Assembly: GCA_964247055.1 (NCBI GenBank)
Contig: OZ176053.1
Span: 10,106,001 to 10,170,000 of the forward strand
Direction: 5' to 3'
DNA: 64,000 nucleotides
Source of the DNA: Paragordius varius
Lineage: Eukaryota; Animalia; Nematomorpha
Shown: positions 11,990-26,384 of the stretch, in pieces
Layout: every line of letters begins with the position of its first letter
Position numbering within the stretch: the stretch's first letter is position 1
Made by a program: the position numbers and the translations under genes
The notes under the pieces: model-generated
The model's database searches: none
What the model was told of the DNA's origin: nothing
The model's input: only the letters and a program-made list of their open reading frames with translations

Positions 11990-14080
11990 CCATAAATTTT
12001 AGCCCAACTGTAGTTTTTCATTAGCAACTTAGGCACCTTCTCTAAAATTCGTCATCGTGTAAAATACCATGCATTCGAAGCTAATTTAAACATGGTTTTA
12101 ATAGGCATTCTAGCTGTTTTACCCATAATAGCTAAAGTTACTTTTTTACTTAACTGCGATAGGGCTTCACCATCTAAAGAGTACGCCTTAATATACAAAT
12201 AACGTGACTTTAAAGCTAATATTTGCCCAAATTATGTGGCATGTGGTTGTGTAAATATTTGAATTTTTCTATTCAAAAATAAAAATTTTAGTTCTATACA
12301 AAATCTATACCTATGGCTTTGACCATGTTAATTTAGCTACCATATAGAAAATTTTGAGGCTAATTTAGGCCCTGGTTATTAGACCATATAAATTCAGTAA
12401 ATTTCCATTATAAAAGCAATATTTTAGCACTTTTGTCTGCTGAGCCACTGAGTAGGACTTTTGTCTCTGTTAAATACGCCACCATATCGAAAACGTGGCT
12501 TTAAAGTTAATGGCGCAAGGTAGATCATATGGACTCAGTTAGAGTTTTAAAGATTTCCCGTGACTGGCGAATAAAATGATACCTGCTTCTTTTCAGAACA
12601 AGTAGGAACACACCTTTTGCGCCATTATTTAACTACTGGGTAGGGCTACACTCTTTGTTAAATATGCAAACATTTAGAAATAACGTGTCTTTAAAGCATT
12701 GGGTAAACATATGCGACCCCATATCAATCATGGCTTAAGGTTAATAACGTATAAACAAGACACACCCTTTTTTAATTGCATAATAGGTATATAGCCAACT
12801 CTTTATAAATTCGCCACTACACAATAAAGTAACTTTGAAGCAACCCTTCGAATGTATGAGACCATGTAAATTAGATAATGGTTCTACGTTTTTCTTTACA
12901 TGGGTAAAAGTTCCGTTAAGCGCTTGCTTTCTTGGGTAGGGTCTTAACCTATGATAAAATGCCGTCATATTAACGTGATTATGAAGCAACTTTTCAGAAT
13001 TGTAATATGTTATTAATTCTATAGTGGCAGGTTTTTTTTCCATATAATTACACAATTGTAGTCAAGCGCTTTTTAAATTATCCAATGGTTAGGGTACCAC
13101 CTTTAGTTATTTAGGCCGCCATATAAAACAACCTGGTTTTGAGGCACCTTTTTGTAATATATGAAACCATATGTTTCCTAGGTTTTTTCCCTTATGAAGG
13201 TAATAATTATATTTGACGCCTTTTTTAAATTACCAAGAAGAGTTCTATCCTATATATGCGCCTAGAAAAATTAACGAGGATTTGAAGCAATTTTGTACTC
13301 TTAGAAAGTATGTATAGTCAGGTGCCTAATGACCGTGTCGACTAAGTTACAACTACGCGTGATAGGGCACAGCTGGATATTTTACAAAATGTAAAACGTT
13401 GACTTTAAGACAATTATAAAACGTGTAGAATGGATTTTCTTATTTATTTTAAGATTGTGCCGAATGGTCGGGCCACTTTCTTTCATTCACCGCTGCATCG
13501 CGCCCCCCGTAAAATGAAATTTTTCCAAACTTAAATACTTTTGGAGCAATTTATCATGAGATTGAAAATGTTAGTTTTAAGCAAGTACAAAGGCCAAAAT
13601 TCCCTGCGCCTTTTTTATATAAACCCTTTGATAGGGCTCTACCCTTTGTAAAATGCGTCACTTTATAAAATATTAGCTGTAAAGCAATTTTCGGAAAAAC
13701 TATAAAGTCATATGGCTTCAATCAGGCGCTTTATATAAGCGGCTGAGTGGGGTTTCACCTCTGTAAAATACTCCACCAATTGAGGTATTTATTCAAGTTA
13801 TACCACTATATAAATCGAAAATGATTTTAGGTAATACCATTAAAACAAAAATTGCGTTTTTTACATTTACCTCACCCTATGTCAATATGCCACCATATAA
13901 AAATAACCTTTAAATTAATTTATAAACCATGTTGTATCATAGTCATGGGATATCCTGTATAAAGGCAAGAACTTTAGTTTAATCCTTTTTAAAATTAATT
14001 CTTGCTAGGCTCCTACTCTATAAAATATGCGCAATTATTTAGAAACGTGGATTTGAAGCTCTGAAAGACCTATTAGCCCA
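11990..14080. repeat. Highly degenerate tandem array, period about 140 bp, roughly 14-15 units
   Basis: A recurring block TAGGGc..cacc.ct.tgtaaaatatgc.acc.tata.aaaa.cgtg.CTTTRAAGCWATTT, with the CTTTRAAGC-like anchor near 12078, 12212, 12355, 12500, 12690, 12835, 12980, 13138, 13280, 13405, 13541, 13680, 13910 and 14055 (positions by eye). GC is higher than the flanks and there is no coherent ORF. Confidence 0.6.
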
Positions 14081-14730
14081 TATTGAATCATGTATTATAA
14101 AATATGGTTTTAATTTTTTCCTGTTAGAAGGAAAAAAGTTGCCACCTAAATGCGCCAAATAAAATAACCAACTTTCCATCTCTGTGGGAATGGGGGCCAT
14201 GTGATACCAATCATGGTTTTGAGTATTTTCTTTGTAGTTTAACCCCAATCGTACCTACCTTTCTTATAAATAGCTGCTGTGTTTTTCTTTTATATGTTTA
14301 AATTGAAATATCTTTTATCTAGATTAGGGGTCAGCAACATTTGGAGGCGGGCTTTTTAAGGAAAATTCAGTGTGTTAAACATTTAAACGTAACTGGATGA
14401 TGCTTTTATGTTATTTTTGATCAATAAAAATGATATGGAATTTATTTTATGCTACTATTAAAAATGTTTTGAATGTATGATTCTTAAATATTTATACGTT
14501 GTAAAATAGTATGTGCCAATAGGCTTAGAAACTTAAATTTGCCATTTTTTTCAGTGAAAATTTTATTAACTAAGAATGCATTTTTTGATTATTCATTTTT
14601 TAGTGAAGGGTTTATTGTTCCGAATATGAAAGGAAGTTTTGGTTAATGTGGCATTTTGTTGGTTGATTTTCTTTAAAATGTTTTGTTGGTTCCTAAATGT
14701 GTAAATAATCAATTTTTGTTTTGTCTAAAC

Positions 14731-15052
14731 CAGGGGTGTCTAACACGGGACCCTTTTACAGCCGCAAATTTGAAAACCAATATTTTATGCATTAAAGAAA
14801 TTATCTTGGTTATATTACTAACTCTACTTTAACTGTAAAGATAACTAGATTTATTTTTTTATTTAACTTAGCTTTTTAATTTTTAAAATATAGACAAATC
14901 TGAATTTATCTTACCAAATTTTGCCAACTGTATGAACAAAAAGATAATTAAATCCTGATCGTAAATTCTTTAAACAGTCCCATATTGATATTAATTATTT
15001 TATGTCCGGTTATTTTTGAATGCAGCCCACTAAGCCATTTGTGTTGGCTTGG
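14731..15052. mobile_element. Possible degenerate hAT-type MITE relic
   Basis: Begins CAGGGGTGTCTAACAC (hAT-like terminus) and ends ...TGCAGCCCACTAAGCCATTTGTGTTGGCTTGG, a partial inverted match. No clean 8-bp TSD. Confidence 0.3.
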
Positions 15053-16189
15053 TACAAAAGATTTATGCTTATCATATTAATTTTTGTTTTTCCTTAGCGG
15101 TGACGCAAATAAGCACACTTTTTTATTCTTTATTGAGCATATTGCTTTATTGAAAATTCTAATAAAATAATGATCAATAAATCCTCTTTACATTAAATCA
15201 GGGGTATTCCTCAATTTTAATTTTTTTGGCATTTTTTTCCTTTTTTCTTCAATAAAATAAAACTTTTTACCAATTAAAATTAAATCAAAACTTTTAAACT
15301 TTAAAGTATACATCTAAATTAACCTGTTTGTGACGGGCCCGGCTTAGTAAGCTCTATATTTCTTAATTTTTTAATATCACCCAAATCTAGATAATTATTT
15401 ATATCATAATCTAAACAAATGTAATTAAAATTTGACTGGTTAATTAAGGACATCATATTAACTGTTATGAACGGATTAATGAATGGATTCATAACTAGTC
15501 GTCCTAATATTTTAAAATACCAGTGTTTTATAGTGAAATAAATTTTGAGGGATCCAGGTGGATTGTTATTTGGTTAAATATCGGCCCCTTAATTTACCGA
15601 TTACCTAACTTTTTGAAAGAATGTATAATAACAAAAACATAAACATGTAAACCAAAAAATTGTATGCTACATTTCTACGAATCTATAAATATATGTGAAA
15701 TATAAATAAAAAATGGAACAGTGTTAAAAATAAAAATTTAAATAAAATTTTGGAAACCAGGCTACGGTTAGAAAACGGTAGGGACCCGCTTTAAAATTTT
15801 CCTGCAAAACGGTTATGATTGGTCAGCATCCCTGATATAATCCTATATCCATTTTAAAAGCCTAAGTAGGTATTATCCTCATTTAAAATAATTATTACAG
15901 ATCTTAATTCGATTTTGATGTCACTTTTTTATTTAATTATTCTATTACTGTAATTTTTTAGTAAAAGTTCAGTACTAATTTATATTCCAAGGCTGAAATC
16001 GTCCCGAATTTCGCCATCTTTTTTTACTAAGCTAAATATATATATTTATAGAAATGATGCTATATTTATTATTGCAAAAAAACTAATACACATGAAATTA
16101 ACAGAATTTAGATATTATGTTTTAAAAAGAATGTTTGAAAGAATACAGCTATAATTGATTTAATGGTATAAATGAGTTATATGATACAG

Positions 16190-17636
16190 TTATACTGGCC
16201 ACACTACAACTTGGTTTATATTGCGACGATGGCGTCTCCTACGTCGATGCTTGGAAGAAGAACTGCTAGATCTGTGTCTGCGACGTCTTCGACGACCCCC
16301 TCCTCCATAATACCCATAACGCTTTTTACGCTTGCTAATGTAGCGTCTTTTATTATCAGCGTTTGACATATCAAACATTAACGTGGATGCAATAAGCCTT
16401 TTGTCATTGGGCAAATTTGATGATTCAGAATGAGATGAAAAATCGTCAGAATCCCTTTGATGTTGATCTTCTTCATTATTTTGTTGATTGCCGGTTGTAT
16501 CATCCTGATTGTCAGCTTTCTTGTCTGAGATCCTATCGTTTCCATAATTTTCGGCTCCTTGTCGTTTTAAATCATCTTCCATCAAATTGATATTAAGTGG
16601 TGAAAGACTTACATCATTATAACTTTTGTTTGAATTTATATTTACAGATTTTGCCGTCGCAGTTGACAAGGTAACGCCTTCAATGAGAGAGCGTTCCGAA
16701 AAAAACTGGTGATGAACCAAAAGAATTACACTGAGAAAGGCGTGAACCTAGAGTAAAAAAGTATAAAAGGTATTATTTAAAAATATATTTAATATCTCAT
16801 ATATTTATAACTTTGGATCTTATTAAATATATACTGTTCTTTAGGTTATGATTATGCCATTGGTCTAACTTGATTAATAATTAACCGCGAAATTATTGAG
16901 ATTAAATATGCGGGGAAAAATAATAATTATTATTAATATAATCAATGGTGCAGTTTAATTGTATAATATATATATTCAATAACAATATTTTGCTTAATTT
17001 TATTTTAAAGCCCATTTTATTTAACGAGAATAAATTTTTTAAATGAAGTTAAAGTTGAATTTTCAATCAAAAAAAATGTGCGGCCCAATTACAAATTCAC
17101 TAAAACAAATTACTCAAAAAAGTCTGATTATATTGAGGTATTTGACTAACCCAGGCCGTGGGTAATGAAACGGTGTTAAAAATCTTGACGAATAAACCTT
17201 TACAGTGTGCAATTAAACCTTCAACAAATAGTTTTATTCATCCAAGGGGGTTTTTCGGAATGAGCTGATAGCCCAAGATTGGGGATTAAACAAAAAATGG
17301 ACTTCATTTTTTTACATATTTAATGTGATCAAATTTATAGAGCGTTTATATTTTATTATTTAATGAGGTGTAGACCCCAAATATTTTGGATACCAATAAT
17401 CGAATCTATATAATATTGGTTGATGATGATGCGACACACAATTACAATTGGTTAAACATTGACATCTATTTATCATAAAGGCTTGTATTTAAGTTTTTAT
17501 TTAATAAACTCGACGGATATCTTGATATAAAAAAAATCGAAAAATAAGCTTTTCAATGTGAATATCCAAAAAAAATTATATATAATGTATTATATACCTT
17601 AATTTTACGATTCCATTCTCTGAAACACCCAGCCAT
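16190..17636 (-). CDS. Orphan secreted-precursor-like protein, 198 aa: putative signal peptide, acidic pro-region, KR/RKKR sites, Arg/Ser/His-rich C-terminal peptide
   Basis: Exon 1 17636-17598 (ATG...AAG|GTATAT, MAGCFREWNRKIK, phase 0). Exon 2 16747-16190 after a strong acceptor (ttttttactctag), open for 185 codons to TAA. The joined N-terminus MAGCFREWNRKIKVHAFLSVILLVHHQFFSERSLIEG-VT has a basic then hydrophobic profile. Exon 2 is well supported; exon 1 is inferred from phase and splice signals. Confidence 0.7.
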
Positions 17637-17671
17637 TTAGCAAGAACAAAAATATTAATTATATTTTATAT

Positions 17672-17675
<4 letters not shown>

Positions 17676-17711
<36 letters not shown>
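17676..17711. repeat. (TA)n microsatellite about 40 bp upstream of the inferred start of the orphan precursor gene
   Basis: Direct reading of the sequence. Confidence 0.9.
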
Positions 17712-17712
<1 letters not shown>

Positions 17713-18899
17713 TATATAAAGCGCATGTCATCAATCATTTTAAGGTTATCTTAAAAATATATATTTTATTCTACCACGTTAAAATTATAGATTGTGTGCA
17801 TTCCATGAAATAGCATATTTATTACCCATTTTGTTTGTAACAATATTCAAATATGTGGTTATTTATCTCTTAAAGATAGATGCGTCTGCTATTTTATTTT
17901 TAACTCAATTAGTCTATAACCGAAAAATATGTATTTTTTTACATTATGAGGTATCTTTCTTAATTGATATAGTTTTAACGCATCTCATTAATTAAACTGT
18001 ATGGGTAAGTAACGATAAAGGGTTGTTAAGAATTAAGTGGTATAATTTATCGCGGATATTAGAAAATTTAATATAATTACTAAAATCATTTTAAAATTTT
18101 TGCCATAGGCATGATTGTAATATTTTGTAATCTATAAACAAACGCATTCTTTGTTTATCATAAAAATTAAAAATAATAGAAAATATTCAAAGCTCATTCA
18201 AACATTTAAAAACAAATTACAATTAGCTCATTACTCAACATAGTATGTATATGAATAACTGTTAACTAAATATCCTACAAGCTATCAAAGTTAAAATTAT
18301 TTAATAATGTGGTTTTAAGTAAAATGTAAGGATGCAAATTTAAAAAATATTTTTTATTAATTTTTCTGCACAAATCATGATTCATTTGGGGAAGTTGCAT
18401 AGATTAATAAAGATATTATATGGACCAAATTAAACATTTTATAATATAAATGCCTAAAAAATTAACATCAAATAACCTGAAAACGTATTTAACAATAGTG
18501 TGAATTGGCAGCAAAATTTGCTTATTTTAATTATTTCTTCTGTCGTTAATAAAAAGTTATAGTTTAATAAATATAACTGATAAAAACTAACACTATATTT
18601 ATCCTAATAATGTCTACGAGAACGAATATTTTATGTAAAATATAATTTCAATTATCGTAAAATTTTATAAATTAAACTATATCCAAAATTTTCGATACAT
18701 GGTAGCATCTTTTTCAATGGATTAACTAAAACAGAATAATAATAAGATATAATTATAACAAAATTTCAAAAAAATATAATTATAAATTATGATATAACAA
18801 AAAAAATGCAAAGTGTGATGTCCATATAGTTTCTCCTTGTTTTTTCTTGGAGTGGTAAATATTTTAAAATAATCTGTTCCTTTTAAGAAACCTTTAGTG

Positions 18900-19060
18900 A
18901 CCTTGTTAAGTTCTTTTCTCTCTTCTCATCTGTTGCACAATAGAAAAGTTTCGGCCGTCTACGACCATTGCAAGAATACAGGCCACACCTTCGCCCCAGC
19001 ATCCATTGTAGCACAAGCCGACAAATTATCCGACCTATTATTTATGACAGTAAATTATGG
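18900..19060 (+). mobile_element. Possible Penelope-like GIY-YIG endonuclease remnant
   Basis: GC-enriched island translating ...SSHLLHNRKVSAVYDHCKNTGHTFAPASIVAQADKLSDLLF. This resembles the SA(V/I)xxHxxxTGH motif recalled from the C-terminal part of PLE endonucleases. No RT nearby. Confidence 0.3.
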
Positions 19061-20582
19061 CTATTAATTTTGAATCAGCTAGTTGTTTTAAAATGATATA
19101 AATAATGAATTCGAGACGTTGAATCTATTAAAAAAAAAAGATTAAGCCTTTTAATATTTGGTTTTAATTTTTAATAATCATATTTCATCACATTATTTTA
19201 TTATGACTTAATTAGCTTTTTATTTGCAGTCGATTATATAACACTTGACCTTTTAGGGGTAGTATTTACCCAATGACCATAATTTAAATTCTTATAAAAT
19301 ATTTTAGGCATTGGGCCAAATTAAGAGATATGCTATCTTTTAGTCTATTAGGATCATGATACAAAAATTTTATATATAAAAAATTGAAATTGTAAAAAAT
19401 CCTCATCTCAAACTTTTGCGCCGCCATTTTTTTATCGTAAATTAAACACGGAAACCACTGGTTGAATAATATAAATAACTTATGGAAATTTGAATTGCAA
19501 TATAACAAAAATCACAAAAATATATCAGAAATTACATATAAAAGCAAAACATTGAAAAATTTAATCTGTAAATGTGGGCTCCGAAAGTCCCAAATCTATA
19601 AAATAAGCTAGTTCTTCTTAAATAAATCCCAAAATGCCTGGATTGCGCTATAAAAATTCCGAATATGTTCTAAATATTTAACAAAACATATTTTTCAAAA
19701 AATGCATACCTTTTTCAATTTAATTTTTAGCATTTTTTGAAGCGTACTTATCCTAAAATTTTGCTAAAAATTAAATTTTGATATAAGTATGCAAATTTTA
19801 AAATAATTTTTGCTAAAAACAAAGCATATATTTAAAATTTTTATCGTGCAATATGGACATTGTGTTTAACGAAAAATTTGCTTATTTTTTTAAAAAATAT
19901 TGATTTGCTTTTTAATGTTTACATATATTTTTCTACATTTTTTGGCATGAAAAATTTAGCTTTCACCAAAAAAATTTTGACACATTGTGCGCAAATATTG
20001 CTATATTCTCATATGGAGCAGTTACCACAAAAGTGTAAATACTTTATTTAAAAGTTAAAACAAAAAGCACCATGATAATCCTGTATTTTCTTCTTAGAAT
20101 ATATATACATATTATCAGGTTATTATTATACCCGCTATTATAATGCATTGTTTATTGGAGAAAAAAATTTGAGTTCCAAATTGAGATAGCTGCTAAATAC
20201 GATTGAAAGATTTTTTTACGATATGTATAACCTGGTAAAATAAAACACGAAGGCTTGCTAAAAATATAAATTATAAATCATAATATAGTTTTATTTGTAT
20301 TTTGTATCAGCGAAAAATATCAGAAAAAAGCGATGAAAAAGTTCATGAGGATTTTATACAATTTCAAAAAAATGGAGCATGCGAAAAGTGCATATTTTAA
20401 ATTTGGATATACGTTAAAACTTTTTAAGATATTTATGTTTTAAATAGCCTTGTTTTAAAATATGAACGTAATTGTTTATAATTATTAGCATACGCTCGGA
20501 TTTTATATACCCAGAAATATTTATAAAAGGTTTAGATGTAAGAAATGATAAGAATGTGTTACGCTACTAACTCATATTTTGA

Positions 20583-21140
20583 CATTTCGATTCAAATTGG
20601 GGCATCTAAAGACCCCCTACTAAATTTAAATCAATATTTTCAAAAAACTACTGAAAGAAACAGTCCCAATTTAAATTTATGCTTCTATCCTAATGAAAAT
20701 TATATAAATAGGCCAAAATGTCTAAATAAATTTTTTTCAAAAAGTTCCATGTCAGAATACTTCAACGATATTTTTATTTTACAAAATATTTGCAAAATAT
20801 CATCTTTATATAATTTTACAAGTAAAATTAAGCTAATTATTTATTTAAATTACATCTAACATTGATAGAAATGGAAAAAGTGGTTTATTTTGTATTATTT
20901 TCCAATGCACACATGTTACGTTGACTAAATTTTTACATTTGAGTTTCACATCAAAATAAGTAATATCATGTATTTTTGAATAAAAAATTTAATATATTTC
21001 GGTTTATTATATAAGTGCAAAATTTTGCCGTGGTTCCAATTCCTATTATTTTTTAAGGTATTTAATTTTAAGCAGGCCTGGGGTATCAAGCTACCCCAAT
21101 TCAAATTGAAGGACTGAAATGAATGTGTTGGATCCAATAA
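20583..21140 (+). mobile_element. piggyBac-type MITE, family A, copy 1
   Basis: Homologous along its length to copies at 27809, 44525, 45731 and 46282. Subterminal inverted repeats TTCGATTCAAATTGGGGCATCTAAAGACCCC and GGGGTATCAAGCTACCCCAATTCAAATTGAA. Termini degenerate. Confidence 0.8.
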
Positions 21141-21346
21141 TACAAAAACATAATATATAATGTTATTTAGAGTATGAGAGATGATATTAGGATAATAATT
21201 TGGTTAAAAGTATATCAAATATATATTTTTTATTTCATTGAGATCTATTAGTATATATACATATAAAATAATATCTTATATATCGAATAGAATTTATTTT
21301 CTTAAAATATTGATTATATCTTAAAAATTAAATTAGACCCTGATGA

Positions 21347-23261
<1,915 letters not shown>

Positions 23262-25882
23262 AACAAAGCCTTTTATCCAATGTGTAAATACATAACATGC
23301 ATATCTCTTACTGATCTTTATAGCAATATCATCAACATATTTGTACACAATTGTTCAAATTTTTAACCATTTTGATACATAATATATAATTTATATTATG
23401 TGATTAGATATGATACATTGATTGATTGGTATGTCCTACTACTTTATATTGCTACAAAATTTTAACTCAAAAGTTGCATTATTTATATTTACCGGACCAG
23501 CTAATGTATCAAATTTTTATTGCTCCCTTTGCATTTTCAACTCATATATTTTTACATCAACCTTCCAAATATAATTTACGATGCACATTGTGATAATATC
23601 AATCTTTTTATTAATTAAGTTATTTATTAACCAATTTACTAACTTATTACATAAATTAATTTGATTATTTGAATTTGATTAATTAAACAAGTTTGTTGAA
23701 AATGACAAAACAAATTTTACCCATATTACAACTTAAATTCATAGGCCTAGTTTCCTAAAAATAAATTTTTAGTTGTACATATTGAATAGTAACTTTTATC
23801 GCTTACTGATTTGAAAATACTTTTACCATGTCATTAATACACAAAATTATGCGAGTTCCATGAAAGTTGTATTTATTACATTATAACATTAAATTTTATA
23901 AAAATTTTGTAATTTTAAAACTTTTACCTACTGATTAACAATAAATTATTGAATTTTTATATAAAGTTGCATTTTAACTTCTGAGCACACATTATAAGAG
24001 TCATCCATATATTTTGCTGATGAAATTTACACACATTAAAGGAATATTATACTGGGTTTGGAACCAGTTCTACAAATGTGGAAGCGGGATGGTTCCTGGC
24101 GTTTAGAACCGTAATCGGCCTAGCTCCTAACCATTTAGTAATGGAACCGGGTTGCTTCCTAAAATTGTGGAACCGGAGTGCCTTAAAAATTTAACGGTTC
24201 GGGAACCGGTTCCATATTGGTTTCCGATTTTTCATTAGATGATTTTCATGCAACATTTTTATTAAAAAATAAACCAAAATATCAACAATTGTAAATTGAA
24301 ACATAATTATAAAAATTAAATAGCCAAATGTATAAGTACAAGGTAGTTAAAGAGTTTTCTATACTATGCAAGAAATCTGTTAACTTTGAAAAATGATTGT
24401 ACCAAGCAACGTTTGTCAGATTACTTCTCAGATCTAAAAAAGTATTTAGTGTAGAAAATCTTTCGATGTTGTGAGCCATATTACCACTATACAACATAAA
24501 ATTTTAATATTTTTAAATCCGTGGCCAGAAGAATCTTAAGGGCTGAGGCCTTTGGGCGGTTTAATTATTACTATATAGTGTGGCTCCATTATATTACTTA
24601 TTGGTGTTTGTTTATGGACGCTATAGTTTATGGTTTTTTACCAGATTCATTAATTAATTAGGTATGCTGTAGATTAAAAAATATGCTTGTATATTTATGT
24701 TTGTGGTTCTCTTCAACTGAAAGGTAAGATACCCGAAAAAATTGTTAACATGGTAATTCCATTTCAAATGGATAGGAGAAAATATATTATCATATGATAA
24801 ATTTTTTAAATAATAATATTTAAACAACAAATAATAAAATTATGATGGTCATTTCATGAGGGTGGCTAAAAAATGCTATCATACAATTAATAATAAATAA
24901 TATTTCAAACAACTCATTTTTGAAAAATAAAACTATATGGAGGAATCACTTATTTTAGAGGTGGAACCGGAAACGAACTGGTTGAACGGGTGAAACCCGA
25001 ACCGGGCTGGTTTCTAAGAATTTGAAAATTGAACTGGAGTGCTTCCTGCGGAAGGTAAACCGGAAGCTTAATTCCAACCTAACAAACCGGTTCCTGGTGA
25101 AATCTCGGGAACCGTAGGATTTCACTAGGGTCCCATCAAAGCTCTGGTAAAAACCCTTTGATTTACCAACCTTTAAAACTGGGTTTTAGGAAACAATTAT
25201 TTAAATAATAATTGGTTGATTAATTTTGAATTCCAAACTATCAAATGTCCAAAGAATGTTATTGATTGAGCCAAAGATTAACGTGAGTTTACGGCTTTCG
25301 CTATTTATTTAGTTTTTTCGTAAAACCATAAGTTAATGCAGATAAAATATAGAGTGGAATTGAATACATTCGCCTGAAAACAAATGTCTCTGAAAAGTTT
25401 TGACATTTATCCCCTGATGGCTAGTAATTAGTGGGATTAGTGTTTTTAATGGTGCGGTTACCTAAACCAATCAACTTGGTGTTTTAAACCGATCCATTAA
25501 TATACCATATATGCTTAAAAAATCTTAAAGAATTTTCTATAATTTAAAAATTTCATTGACCTTTAATAATGATGTTACTTAGCCTTTAGCAAATGATTTA
25601 TAGGCCCAAATCCAGCCGCTGCGGGGGACACTGGAGTAATTTTAGGAGTTAATATTTTTTTAGGTACTTTTAAAAAATATGCAATAAACTTTAACAAAAT
25701 TAATAAATGGCAGTATCAATAAATCATTTTGGCGATAATAATTGATTCTACACAAATCCTAGGAATGAGGCATAAAGGAATGCCAGTAAAAGAGCGTTGC
25801 CGCATCATTATTTTTTTAATCTGTCATAGCTGAAAGCATCCAAAGAATTAAACATTTATAAAATAATAATCACTGCAACAAT

Positions 25883-26098
25883 TTATGATTCAGCACATTT
25901 TTTGATTAAATCCATTGATTTTTCGATGTTTGACACCCATAATTTCAAAGCTTCAATTATTCGCTCAACCTCTTGGTAGCCGGCTTCTATTTCATCTACT
26001 CGACTATTAATTGTTGTTTGATTGGGACATGCAAAAGTTACATGATGCTCAAGATTGGTATCTAAATTTAGATTCGTAGTCGGATAACTCATGTTCAT
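25883..26098 (-). CDS. Small orphan ORF (71 aa from first ATG) with coiled-coil-like C-terminal half; gene structure unresolved
   Basis: MNMSYPTTNLNLDTNLEHHVTFACPNQTTINSRVDEIEAGYQEVERIIEALKLWVSNIEKSMDLIKKCAES*. Composition is protein-like, unlike the chance AT-rich ORFs. An upstream acceptor (tttttttag near 26158) and a small exon-like block near 26229-26263 exist but do not join in frame. Confidence 0.4.
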   Translation of the reverse strand: MNMSYPTTNLNLDTNLEHHVTFACPNQTTINSRVDEIEAGYQEVERIIEALKLWVSNIEKSMDLIKKCAES

Positions 26099-26384
26099 AG
26101 TTGATATTGTTGTAGTTGTTATAGTTTGTGGATGCTTTTGATTTTTGAAGCCAACATCTAAAAAAAATTTTGAGCACATATAAATTTATATTACTTAATG
26201 CCGTTAATGTTAATTAATTAACCCATTACCTTTGGGGTTGTTTTATATAGAGCCATTTGAATACCTTAAAAATAATTTAAGGTATTAAGCCAAATTTAAA
26301 AATATTCTTTTAGTCTTATGTAAGTTTATATTATAGTGCATAAAAAAATGATAATGCATCAATTAGAAAAATCGTGTTATATAA

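Noticed and set aside
12741-14248. ORFs 12741-13055 and 14039-14248
   Set aside because: They lie in or at the edge of the degenerate tandem array and have no recognisable motifs or supporting splice structure.
20545-21137. ORFs 20545-20859 and 20946-21137 (and 46260-46532, 46542-46766)
   Set aside because: Chance frames inside family A MITE copies; the frames are not preserved between copies.
20583-21140. Helentron/HINE interpretation of family A because of its asymmetric inverted repeats
   Set aside because: True short TIRs and TTAA duplications (perfect at 27805-27808 and 28350-28353) fit piggyBac better.
24520-24730. Short frame SVARRILRAEAFGRFNYY... and a strong donor AG|GTAAGA at ~24723
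   Set aside because: No start or partner exon could be joined in frame and there is no recognisable similarity.
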